The position numbers and the translations under genes are program-made. Positions 19,252 to 28,571 of a stretch of 64,000 nucleotides of DNA are shown piece after piece (positions within the stretch are counted from its first letter, which is position 1; the number at the start of each line of letters is the position of its first letter). This stretch comes from Salinibacter ruber DSM 13855. Lineage in GTDB: Bacteria; Bacteroidota; Rhodothermia; Rhodothermales; Salinibacteraceae. The stretch lies in assembly GCF_000013045.1 (NCBI RefSeq), contig NC_007677.1, positions 3,096,203 through 3,160,202 of the forward strand, given 5' to 3'. Below the pieces are notes generated by a model. The model was not told the origin of the DNA and ran no database searches. It saw only the letters and a list, made by a program, of their open reading frames with translations.

Positions 19252-19693
19252 GAGAGCGGATGCTCGCCGAGGGCAGGCGCCGGTTGTGGGATTCGACGGG
19301 CCGGAATGCGCCGCGCCGGACGGACCGTACGCTTGAGCTGAGGGCACGGCTTCTGGAGCCGCTCGCGCAGGCGGCTGTCCCCGAAAGAGCGGAGACGGCG
19401 CCTCAATCGTCCGCGAGAACCCGCGGACCCGCTGAGCCCCAGATCGATCGGGGAGAGTACATCCCGTAGTGCCCCCTGCTCGCAGCGGCATGGAGTTCGG
19501 CCGATCCAGCCTCTCCCCGGCACGGACGCAACACGACGCGACGTGGAGGCGAGAAACGTCCCTTCCGGGCGTCCTCGCCTCGGAACCCTCGTCCACCTCC
19601 CGTGATGCAATGTGTAACGTTGTAGTCTGAAGACGGCCCCGACACCTCTTTTCAATCTACGGCCGTCGGTTTCCGCCGCTCTCGGGATCTGCC

Positions 19694-22573
19694 ATGCCTT
19701 CTCCCGCCCGCAACATCACCGCCCTTCTCTGGCCGAGCGACGACATGCTCTCCACCAATGCTAAGTCTCGGCTGCAGGTGGTTCGTCTGCTCTGCCTCCT
19801 CGGGAGCCTCCTGATCCCACTTTACGGCCTCCTGTACGAGGCCGCGCGCCCCGAGGCAACCGATCCGATGTGGATCCGGCTCGTCATTGCGGGCGTCTTG
19901 GGGGCGTTCGTGGCGGGCACATACGTTCTGCGAACGCTTCGCACCCACTGCGTCGGCGTCGCGTGGGGACTGCTTTACCTTTTGATGGCCTGGAGTGTGG
20001 CCCTGGCGGCGGTCAATCAGTTTTCGGGCGCGTACGTGGTAGGCATGCTCGTCGTGTACGCTGTCTCCGCCACCCTGGTGTTGGTCAGCAGTCAATTGCT
20101 GCGGTCCGTGCTGTCGTTTTTGTCGGCGGGCCTGCTCCTCACGGGGGCTGCACTGCTGTGGGCCCCTGCCGTTCAGCTGAGCCCCCTGGTGCTGTGCGGG
20201 GGCATGGCCATGGTGGCCTTCGTCGTCGGGGTGGTCGCGCGGTGGGTCTTGCGCGTGCGGAGGCACCTCGCGGACCAGGCACGGGAGCTCGAGGAGCAGC
20301 GCGACCGGCTGGAGGGCCATCGGGCGTACACCAACCGCCTCCTCAACGCGACCGACGACCTGTTCTTTGCCCTCGACCCGACAGGCCAGTTTCAATGGTG
20401 GAACGACCGCGTGTTGGAGACGACCGGCCTGTCCGACGAGGACGTCGGAAGCGTGGACGCGCTGGACCATTTTGTGCCGGCCGAGCGGGAGAAGCAGGCC
20501 AAGCAAGCCATCCGCAGGGTGCTTCAAACCGGCAGCGGCCAGGTGGAAGTGCCCCTCGTGGCCGACGACGGAGTGGCGGTGCCCTACGAGTTCGTGGGCA
20601 ACCCCGTCGAAAACCTGGAGGGGGAGCGCCAGATCGTGTGTGTCGGCCGGAACGTTGCCGAGCGGAAGCGCCGGGAGCGGGAGCTGCGGGAGAGCGAACG
20701 GCGCTTCCAGGCGATGCTGAACGACCCGAACATCCTCGCCGGCGTGCTCTCGCCGGACGGGACGTTCCAGAAGGTCAACGACACGGCCCTCGGGTACATC
20801 GAGGCGACCCGGGCGGACGTTCTCGGCCGGCCGTTCTGGGAGACCCCCTGGTGGGAAACGGAAAACAGGTCGGCGGTCCGAGAGAAGGTCGAGCGCGTGG
20901 CGGAGGGGGAATACGTGCGGTTCGAGGCCGAGCACGTGACCCCGGACGGGGAAGCCCGGACCGTGACCGGCATCATGCGTCCGGTGACCGGCGAGGAGGG
21001 GGAGGTCGTCTCGATTTTTGTCACGGCCCGGGACATCACCGAGCGGAAACGGCGGGAGGAGGCCCTTCAGGTGGCGGAGGGGCGGTACCGAGCGCTTATC
21101 GAGAACTTTCCCGGGGGCGTTTTTCTCTTCGACGAGGATTTGCAGTATACACTGGCAGGGGGACGCGAACTCCGGGACGCGGGCCTCTCCCCGTCGGACG
21201 TGGAAGGGGGAGGTCCGCACGACATATTTCCGGCCGCCCTGGCCGAGGAGCTCGACATGTACTTCCGGCGCGCACTCAACGGCGAGAAGAATGCGTTCGA
21301 GCAGACGATGGACGGGCGCCGGTACTTCAACCGAACGCTCCCGGTTCGGGACGAGTCCGGAACAGTTATCGCCGGCATGGCAGTCGCCCAGGATATCACC
21401 GAGGAGCGCCGCCGCAAGGAAAAGCTCGAGCGGAAGAACGATCTCTTCCAACGGGCCCAGGAGATCGCCAATGTCGGCGGGTGGGAGTACGACCTAGACA
21501 CGGGCGCCCTCACCCTCACCGACCAGGCCTACCGCATCCACGGCGTTTCTCCGGGCGCGAAGATGACGCTGGAGCGGAGCCACGGGCTGTATCACCCCAA
21601 TGACCGATGGGAGGCCGAAGAGGCCTTCCGCCGGGCGGCCGAGGACGGGGTACCCTACGACGTCGAGGCCCGCCTGATTACCGACGCTGGGGAGGAGAAG
21701 TGGATCCGCACCCGCGGGGCGCCGCAACAGGACGACGGCCGGACGGTTCGGGTCCGTGGAACGATCCAGGACATCACCGACCAGAAGGAGCGAGAGCAGG
21801 CCCTCCGCACAGCCAAGGCCGACGCGGAGGCGGCCCGCCAGGAGGCCGAGGAGGCCAGCCGCCTCAAAAGCGCCTTCCTCGCTAACATCAGCCACGAGAT
21901 TCGCACCCCGCTGACGTCGATTATCGGCTTTGCCGAGCTGATCGGCTCGGAGGCCGGCGCGTTGGATCTGTCGGACAGCCCGCTCCCGGGGTATGCCACC
22001 ATGATCGAGCGAAGCGGGAAGCGCCTGCTCGAAACGCTGGAGGGGGTGCTCAACCTCTCCAAGTTGCAGTCCGGGCAGATGAAGCTGGAAACGGCCCCGG
22101 TCGACCTGAACGAGCAAATCCGCTGGGCCGTTCAGGAGCTCCGCCCGAAGGCTGAGGAGAAGGGGGTTCGCCTTCAGCTCGAGACCGGTTGCGCCGTGGC
22201 GGAGGGCGACGAAGGCGGCATCCAGATCGTCATTCGGAACCTGGTCTCCAATGCGATCAAGTACACCGAGCAGGGCGGCCGCATCTGGGTCCGGTCGTTT
22301 CAGAACGAGGACCGGGCCGTGCTTGAAGTTGAGGACACCGGCATTGGGATGGACCCGGCGGTGGCCGAGTCGCTCTTCGAGCCGTTCCGACAGGCGTCGG
22401 AAGGGCTAAATCGCGAGTACGAGGGGACCGGCGTCGGCCTGGCGGTCACGAACAAGGCGGTTGCCCAGATGGACGGATCCATCGAGGTAGACACCGAGAA
22501 AGGCGAGGGCACCCGGTTTACCATCCATCTTCCGGCCTCGGAGGAGCATCCGACCGATGGATCCGCCTCGTGA
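19694..22573 (+). CDS. Multi-sensor signal transduction histidine kinase (7TM-like membrane domain + several PAS/PAC domains + HisKA + HATPase_c)
   Basis: N-terminal polytopic membrane region, at least four PAS-like modules, H-box LANISHEIRTPLTSIIGFAEL, and N/G boxes (VSNAIKYT, IEVEDTGIGM, GTGVGLAV). Confidence 0.9.
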   Translation: MPSPARNITALLWPSDDMLSTNAKSRLQVVRLLCLLGSLLIPLYGLLYEAARPEATDPMWIRLVIAGVLGAFVAGTYVLRTLRTHCVGVAWGLLYLLMAWSVALAAVNQFSGAYVVGMLVVYAVSATLVLVSSQLLRSVLSFLSAGLLLTGAALLWAPAVQLSPLVLCGGMAMVAFVVGVVARWVLRVRRHLADQARELEEQRDRLEGHRAYTNRLLNATDDLFFALDPTGQFQWWNDRVLETTGLSDEDVGSVDALDHFVPAEREKQAKQAIRRVLQTGSGQVEVPLVADDGVAVPYEFVGNPVENLEGERQIVCVGRNVAERKRRERELRESERRFQAMLNDPNILAGVLSPDGTFQKVNDTALGYIEATRADVLGRPFWETPWWETENRSAVREKVERVAEGEYVRFEAEHVTPDGEARTVTGIMRPVTGEEGEVVSIFVTARDITERKRREEALQVAEGRYRALIENFPGGVFLFDEDLQYTLAGGRELRDAGLSPSDVEGGGPHDIFPAALAEELDMYFRRALNGEKNAFEQTMDGRRYFNRTLPVRDESGTVIAGMAVAQDITEERRRKEKLERKNDLFQRAQEIANVGGWEYDLDTGALTLTDQAYRIHGVSPGAKMTLERSHGLYHPNDRWEAEEAFRRAAEDGVPYDVEARLITDAGEEKWIRTRGAPQQDDGRTVRVRGTIQDITDQKEREQALRTAKADAEAARQEAEEASRLKSAFLANISHEIRTPLTSIIGFAELIGSEAGALDLSDSPLPGYATMIERSGKRLLETLEGVLNLSKLQSGQMKLETAPVDLNEQIRWAVQELRPKAEEKGVRLQLETGCAVAEGDEGGIQIVIRNLVSNAIKYTEQGGRIWVRSFQNEDRAVLEVEDTGIGMDPAVAESLFEPFRQASEGLNREYEGTGVGLAVTNKAVAQMDGSIEVDTEKGEGTRFTIHLPASEEHPTDGSAS
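20660..21040. repeat. Left copy of a ~380-bp inverted repeat (about 99% identical) inside the PAS region of the first histidine kinase
   Basis: By eye, its reverse complement matches 26490-26870 with only about three mismatches, all synonymous. Encodes RRERELRESERRFQAML...VTARDITERKR. Confidence 0.85.
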
Positions 22574-22832
22574 AGACGGATGCGACGAAACGAGGCGGGG
22601 CCACACGGAGACCCGCTGTCTCTTGAGTGTCTCTCATTTCTCCCTCGCCAGGGGCCGCGCTGCCGCCCCCACGAGGGTCGTGCGTCATTCAGCCCCCGAA
22701 GTCGCCTTTGGTCAGTAGAGGCATGTACGACATCCCACGCGGCTTCCGGCGTCTCTCCCCGAATGTGCACCCGAACGGACCGCGGGCGTCCAGGTGCACC
22801 ACAGGCCGGCACCGCAGTTCTGCTCCGACCAC

Positions 22833-22876
22833 CGGTGCCGCCCCCCGCTCTCTTCCGTCGAGAGGCGGCACCGCCT
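22833..22876. terminator. GC-rich stem-loop between the convergent histidine-kinase and Htr genes (possible bidirectional terminator)
   Basis: ggtgccgcc...ggcggcacc gives a 9-bp perfect stem with an internally structured loop. No clear U-tract, so the function is uncertain. Confidence 0.3.
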
Positions 22877-22943
22877 TGTCTCGGGCGTCCTCGGGGCGAC
22901 AACGGATCCGGACGGACAGACGCGAGCGGCGTCCTTCTGCGTC

Positions 22944-24499
22944 CTATGCCCCGAGCTCCGGCGCCTCCCGTCGGCCGGCCGCGCCGTCCCCGGTCGTGCT
23001 CTCGAACCCCCCTTCCGTGCCGTTGGCGGGCGCTTTCGGGCCGTCCGCACGGCCGTTGGCGTCCCGACTGCCAACGTGGAACTCGTCGACCAGCCCGCGG
23101 AGGCTGCCCGTCAGCTCCTCCAGCTCCGTGGCCGCCTGCACGACCTCTTCGATGCCCTGCGCTGACTCGTCGGACACCTCGGAAATCGACTGCACGCTTT
23201 CGGAAATCTGGTCCCCGGTCGCCGCCTGCTCTTCGGTCGCGGTGGCGATGCTGTCGACCCGGTCGGTAATGCCCCCGGTGCTGTCCACAATCTCTTCGAA
23301 GGCATCGGCCGCCTGCCCGGCCAATTCAATTCCGGCCTCCACCTCGCTTTGTCCCTGCTCGATGGCGCCGACCGCCTCGCTGGTGTCCTCCTGAACGGAG
23401 GAGACCATCTGCTCGATCTCGTCGGTGGCCTTCGACGTCCGCTCGGCCAGCTCGCGGACCTCCTCGGCCACGACGGCAAATCCCTGTCCCGTCTTTCCGG
23501 AGCCGTCGCCCCCCGCGCGGGCCGCCTCGATGGCCGCGTTTAGGGCGAGAAGGTTCGTCTGATCGGCAATCTCGTCGATCGTCGCCACGATCTTGCCAAT
23601 CTCCTCGCTCGATTCCTTCAGTCCACTAACGGTCCGGGCGGAACGCTTCACGACGTCCCCGATCTCCCGCATCTTGTCGACGGCCTTCAGCACCACGTCT
23701 CCATTCTCCTCGGCCAGCTCCCCATTCTTCCGGGCGGCCTTGGCCGTCTCGGTCGCGTTCTCCGCGTTGTCGTCGATCGTGCGGGCCATCTGCTCCATGG
23801 CGGCGGCAACCTCGTCGGCCTGCTGGGCCTGCTTCTGCACCCCGGCGTTCAGCTGATCGGCCGAGCTTGCGAGCTGGTTGGCGACCGCGTCGGTCTTCTC
23901 GACCGCTTCAGACAAGCGGTGAAAGACCTGCTGAATGTTCTGGACGGACTGGTTGAACTTGCCCTGCAGACGCCCGATTTCTTCGGCCTGCGAGGCATCC
24001 ATCTTGGACGCAAGGTCCCGGCCCTCCGTCTCGGCGTCAACTTGGACCGTCAGGTCTCCCCTGACGAAGCGGTCCATGGCCCCGACCATCCGGTCCACTT
24101 CTTCGGAGAGGGCCTCCTTCTCTTTCTCCCGCTTGTTGGCGAGGGACTCCGCCTCGCGCTTCGTCTCCTCGGCCTCGGCCTTTCGCTCCTCAACCTCCTC
24201 AATACGGGTGAGGAGGGACTGGCGAAGGTCGTCGACGGCCCGGTACACGTCGCCGAACTCGTCGCCGCGGCCGGTGCGGATGGACTTGTCGAGGTTGCCC
24301 TCCGCGAGCTTCGAGGTGACGTAGCGCAGGTCCGTGAGGGCCGTAATGGTGATCGTTCCCGTGATGGACCCGATCGTGAGGAACCCGACGAACGTCGCCA
24401 GCCCGCTGGCGAGGGGGCTCTCTGTGACTAAGACCGTTGTCACGATCATGACGCCAGTCAGCAAATACCAGAAGACGTACTTCGTCAGAAAGCGTTTCA
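22944..24499 (-). CDS. Sensory-rhodopsin transducer (Htr-like methyl-accepting chemotaxis protein)
   Basis: Two N-terminal TM helices, a HAMP-like region, and a highly conserved MCP signalling domain ([38 protein letters not shown]). ATG at 24499 ([10 protein letters not shown]). Directly downstream of the rhodopsin gene. Confidence 0.85.
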
Positions 24500-24556
24500 T
24501 GGGAAAGTAGGGTGTTGGGAGCCAAACAGTGAGGAGAAAAGAAGCAGGGGCGGCGC

Positions 24557-25276
24557 TTAGGCGGCAGACGTGACTGTCGCTGCCCCCCCCTGCCCAGAAG
24601 CGGTCTCGGGCTCTCCGCCGGTCACCTTGACAAAGTTCTTGCGCGCCCGGTAGATGAAGTAGACAAACGGCACCTTCGCGGTCACGTCCAGGTAGCTGAT
24701 GATCACCGCGATTCCCGCCGCGTCGACCCACTGCAGGCCCGGCCCGAAGAGCCACACCAGCGGGTAGGCGAGCCAGAGCAGCCCGACGTAGTTCAGCAGG
24801 AGCCGCGCGAGCCGCCGGTGGGAGGGCGGCTCTCCGAACGCCGAGTTGCGCACCGGCCCGTAGAGGAGCGCGAGGAGGGTCAGGTGGCAGGCCGAGGACA
24901 GCCCGAAGAACACCCACTGGGCCGTGGACGAAAACACGACGGCCCCCAGGCCGAACACGATCATCATGAAGTCGGCCAGGGCGGTGCCCGCGATCATGCC
25001 CCGGCTGGCCCCGGCGATGTACGCGGTGTACCCCACGAGAAGGGGCGTGGTGAGGGCCCAATCAATATACCGGGGGATGGGCACATGATACCCCTGAAAC
25101 TGCACCGACCCGACGTCGAACGTCATGAGCAGGTACATGAACGCGGCAATTCCGGGAATGGCCCAGACGTAGTCGAAGTCGAGTCCCACCTCGTCGCCGA
25201 CCAGCGACAGTGCAGGGGGAATCCCAACGAGCATTCCAAGGGTTCCGATGATGTAGACGATCGTAATCGGGTCCAT
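24557..25276 (-). CDS. Sensory rhodopsin (microbial type-1 rhodopsin, SRI-like)
   Basis: Seven TM helices. The helix-C motif [12 protein letters not shown] matches bacteriorhodopsin's RYADWLFTTPLL, and helix G carries the retinal-binding lysine (DVTAKVPF). Adjacent to the Htr transducer, which indicates a sensory rather than pumping role. Confidence 0.9.
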   Translation of the reverse strand: MDPITIVYIIGTLGMLVGIPPALSLVGDEVGLDFDYVWAIPGIAAFMYLLMTFDVGSVQFQGYHVPIPRYIDWALTTPLLVGYTAYIAGASRGMIAGTALADFMMIVFGLGAVVFSSTAQWVFFGLSSACHLTLLALLYGPVRNSAFGEPPSHRRLARLLLNYVGLLWLAYPLVWLFGPGLQWVDAAGIAVIISYLDVTAKVPFVYFIYRARKNFVKVTGGEPETASGQGGAATVTSAA

Positions 25277-25326
25277 GGGGGTGTGTATCTCTGAATCCAG
25301 ACAGAACGTTTGGGGCTCCCTTCCGA

Positions 25327-25349
25327 GAGAGAAGCTTCTCTCCGGAGAG
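25327..25349. promoter_or_regulatory. Overlapping perfect palindromes (GAGAGAAGCTTCTCTC and CTCTCCGGAGAG) in the sensory-rhodopsin 5' leader
   Basis: Read directly from the sequence: a 16-bp perfect palindrome centred on AAGCTT shares its CTCTC arm with a 12-bp palindrome centred on CCGG. They lie about 50-70 bp upstream of the rhodopsin start codon, on the transcribed side. Confidence 0.4.
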
Positions 25350-25439
25350 CGTTTTTCAGCAAGGCATTCCTCCAGCAGGGTTGAGGAGAGGCCCGCAGAC
25401 CGCTCTTCTCTTCCGTGGGACTGTCGCTGGCCTCCGCGA

Positions 25440-25545
25440 TAAATCCTTGCATCCTTCCTTTCTATTTTATCGGTCCTGATGTCTGACTTTTAAGCCAGAT
25501 GTGCTCTATTTATTTCTTTGTATTGATCACAAAAAAGCGGGGTAC
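25440..25545 (-). promoter_or_regulatory. AT-rich island, putative promoter region of the rhodopsin-Htr operon
   Basis: A roughly 100-bp stretch at about 35% GC in a 66% GC background, about 170-270 bp upstream of the rhodopsin start. No confident -35/-10 assignment. Confidence 0.35.
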
Positions 25546-25670
25546 TCTGCGCACCGAGCCGGTGCTGAATTCGGTTTTCCGGGCAGACATGCCGGGCGGG
25601 CCCCGCACGGGACGACGATCAGTGGGATGATTCCGAAGGACACCACGGGCGGGTCTTCGGAACGCCCCAC

Positions 25671-27938
25671 TCATCCACCGACTCGGTCGGACCGGCCCGT
25701 TTTCTTCTCGTTCGGGTCCGTTGCTGAACGCTTGGCCTTCCGGTCCGCCGCCGGAAGCCGGGCGGTGAACGTGCTGCCCTGCCCCTTTTCCGTCTCCACG
25801 TCGATGGATCCCCCCATCTGCTCGGTCGCCTTCTTCGTCACCGCCAGCCCGATGCCAGTGCCCTCGTACTCGCGAGACAGCCCCTCGGACCCCTGCCGGA
25901 ACGGCTCGAAGAGCGACTCGGCCACCGCCGGGTCCATCCCAATGCCGGTGTCCTCGATTTGCAGCACCGCCTCCCCGTCTTCTCGGTACGTCCGCACCTG
26001 CACCGTCCCTTCCTCCGTGTACTTAATCGCGTTGGACAGGAGGTTCTGGAGTACGATCTGGAGCCCCCCCTCATCGGCCCAGGCGCCAGCCTCTTCGGCC
26101 TCGACCTCAAGCGCAAGGCCGCTGTCGTCCGCCTCCGCCGCAAACTCCCGGGCGACCTGCCGAGCCTGACCCGCCAAATCGATGGGGCGGGACTCCAAGG
26201 TCATCTGTCCGGCCTCCAGCTTTGAGAGGTTGAGCACCGCATCCAGGGTGTCCAGCAGCCGCCGGCCACTGTCTTCAATCAGGTCCGCGAAATGAGCGAC
26301 GCCGCCGTCCCCGTCGATCTCGTCCCCGATCGCCTCGGCGAACCCAATGATTCCGGTCAGCGGCGTGCGAATCTCGTGACTCATGTTCGCGAGCATGGCG
26401 GACTTCATGCGGCTGGCCTCTTCGGCCTCCAGCTTTGAGAGCTCGGCCTGCTCCTTCGCCTGTTTGAGCCGCCGCGCCTTCCGCTTCCGTTCGGTGATGT
26501 CCCGGGCCGTGACAAAAATCGAGACGACCTCCCCCTCCTCGCCGGTCACCGGACGCATGATGCCGGTCACGGTCCGGGCCTCCCCGTCCGGGGTCACGTG
26601 CTCGGCCTCGAACCGCACGTATTCCCCCTCCGCCACGCGCTCGACCTTCTCTCGGACCGCCGACCTGTTTTCCGTTTCCCACCAGGGGGTTTCCCAGAAC
26701 GGCCGGCCGAGAACGTCCGCCCGGGTCGCCTCGATGTACCCGAGGGCCGTGTCGTTGACCTTCTGGAACGTCCCGTCCGGCGAGAGCACGCCGGCGAGGA
26801 TGTTCGGGTCGTTCAGCATCGCCTGGAAGCGCCGTTCGCTCTCCCGCAGCTCCCGCTCCCGACGCTTCTGTTCGGTGATGTCCGACAGGACGACCGTCTG
26901 GGTGTCCATGCCCTGTCCCAGGCTTGTCTGGATCACCCGAAAGTACCGGCAGTGCTCCGCTGGGTGCACGCTGGCGTCGGACTGCTTGGGGGTAGTCATC
27001 GCCCGTTCCTCCTGGCACTCCTGCGCCTCCCCCTTCTCGAACCCAGCCCGCCACGCCGGCTCCCCACGGCGAATCGTCTCCCCGAGTCCGGGCAATGCCT
27101 CCGTCAGCGGCCGCCCCAGGTCCTCCTCGCTCAGCGGGGGAATGATCTCCTTAATCCCCCCGCCGAGCCCCCGAATCCGCCCCTCCCGCCCGATCGTCAG
27201 GTTCGGCTCCTCGACGCTCCCGGTCAGCTGCACGACGCTGAACTGCGTCTCGTAGGCGAACAGCAGCCCCACCGCAAACACCGCCACCCCCAGCGGCTCG
27301 TGGGTGATGTCCAAGAGCGCCGGCTGGACGTGCCCGATCACGTTGAAGACCGCCGGCAGGGCCGTGAGCCCCGTCAGCACCCCTAGCGGGAGCACCTTCG
27401 CCTCCGCCTCGAGAAGAAACTCAAAGATCATCAGGTAGCCGGCTGCCGACAGGGCGTAGGCCACGGCCATTACGACCCAGTAGAGCGTCTCGTGGGTCAC
27501 GACCAGGCCGAAGGCGCCCCCCGCCGGCTCCAGCCCGTAGTAGAGGCCGTGCAGCGGGTTGGTCACCTTCAGGGCGGTCACGATCACGTACACGGCGATC
27601 GCAAACTGTTGGACCCTTCGGTTGCGGTGGAGGCCCCGCCCGCTGTAGGCAGAGCAAAACCAGAGCCAGGCGAAGACGGTGCCGAAGCCCACGATCAGGC
27701 TCAGCTGGTAGAAGAGGTGCTTCTCGAGGGCCGATCCGACGAGCAGAAAGCCCACGTAGGCCCCGGCCCAGACGGCACTTCCGGAAAAGAACCACGTCAG
27801 GGCCTGCCGGGTCTCCGGCGACGGAACCGACCGGGCCCGCCAGGCGGCCCCCAGACAGGCAGCGGTCGCGGCGACGAAAGCAAGAAGATAACCGGTGTAG
27901 GTCAGGGGCGTGGATGCCTCAATCAGGCTTCCGATCAT
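25671..27938 (-). CDS. Multi-sensor histidine kinase (polytopic membrane sensor domain + PAS + HisKA + HATPase_c)
   Basis: H-box LANMSHEIRTPLTGIIGFAE, N/G boxes, and one PAS module identical to one in the first kinase. The N-terminal membrane domain differs from that of the first kinase. ATG at 27938; the ORF track's 27956 start is a TTG. Confidence 0.9.
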   Translation of the reverse strand: MIGSLIEASTPLTYTGYLLAFVAATAACLGAAWRARSVPSPETRQALTWFFSGSAVWAGAYVGFLLVGSALEKHLFYQLSLIVGFGTVFAWLWFCSAYSGRGLHRNRRVQQFAIAVYVIVTALKVTNPLHGLYYGLEPAGGAFGLVVTHETLYWVVMAVAYALSAAGYLMIFEFLLEAEAKVLPLGVLTGLTALPAVFNVIGHVQPALLDITHEPLGVAVFAVGLLFAYETQFSVVQLTGSVEEPNLTIGREGRIRGLGGGIKEIIPPLSEEDLGRPLTEALPGLGETIRRGEPAWRAGFEKGEAQECQEERAMTTPKQSDASVHPAEHCRYFRVIQTSLGQGMDTQTVVLSDITEQKRRERELRESERRFQAMLNDPNILAGVLSPDGTFQKVNDTALGYIEATRADVLGRPFWETPWWETENRSAVREKVERVAEGEYVRFEAEHVTPDGEARTVTGIMRPVTGEEGEVVSIFVTARDITERKRKARRLKQAKEQAELSKLEAEEASRMKSAMLANMSHEIRTPLTGIIGFAEAIGDEIDGDGGVAHFADLIEDSGRRLLDTLDAVLNLSKLEAGQMTLESRPIDLAGQARQVAREFAAEADDSGLALEVEAEEAGAWADEGGLQIVLQNLLSNAIKYTEEGTVQVRTYREDGEAVLQIEDTGIGMDPAVAESLFEPFRQGSEGLSREYEGTGIGLAVTKKATEQMGGSIDVETEKGQGSTFTARLPAADRKAKRSATDPNEKKTGRSDRVGG
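26490..26870. repeat. Right copy of the ~380-bp inverted repeat (inside the second histidine kinase)
   Basis: Reverse complement of 20660-21040 at about 99% identity. The 130-aa antisense read-through peptides are identical in both ORF-track entries (20584..21039 and 26383..27255). Confidence 0.85.
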
Positions 27939-28571
27939 GGGCGGGTCGTTGTGCAAAAAAGCTCGCTACAGCACAGCATCCACTCTAATGGAGCAAGAAA
28001 GGGACCGTGTATACTCCATCTCTTGATCCGTATCGGACTCGTCAAACTCGACATGGGTCGTCACAGCCCCCGTCAAATTTCCTCCTTCGGTGGTCCTCGT
28101 ATCGGCCGGCCGGCGCGACGAACGGGCCTTTCACAGCTACCAGCCCCCGGTAATTTTACAGCGTAGGCGCTACGACACCGGGCCGCGCCCCCCCACTCCA
28201 GCGGGCCTCCAGTGCCCGTTCGGGCCCGGCATCGTTTTTTCTGTATTGAACCGCGCCCGCCCAGCATTGCGCGGTGGCCGTTTTCTCCCTCCCGTCGTGG
28301 CCCTTCCTCGACGATCGGTGCTGGGGCACGGTCGTGAGATGTCCGCGCGGCACAGCTCACCCCGGCGGATGTGGGACATAGTGTATTTTTAAAATCTACG
28401 CCTTTAATGCCTCGCCGGTCGGGCCGATGATTATAATCCAACGGACGAGAAGCCCCCCTGGGCGTGGCCGTACGGGGCCCATCTCCTCGGCTACCGCACG
28501 GCCGGCACGAGCGACCGCATCATCTGGTGCCGCACGACGCACCTGACCTCCGACTTTTCTCTCTGCTTTGC

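Noticed and set aside
22300-22902. Antisense peptides with a shared motif (SVSTSMDP...FVTA.P.PVPSYSR...CRNGSKSDSATAGSIPMPVSS), also at 25501..26169 and 30071..30253
   Set aside because: These are mirror-strand translations of the three paralogous HATPase_c domains of the histidine kinases. The similarity reflects kinase paralogy and not a hidden gene family.
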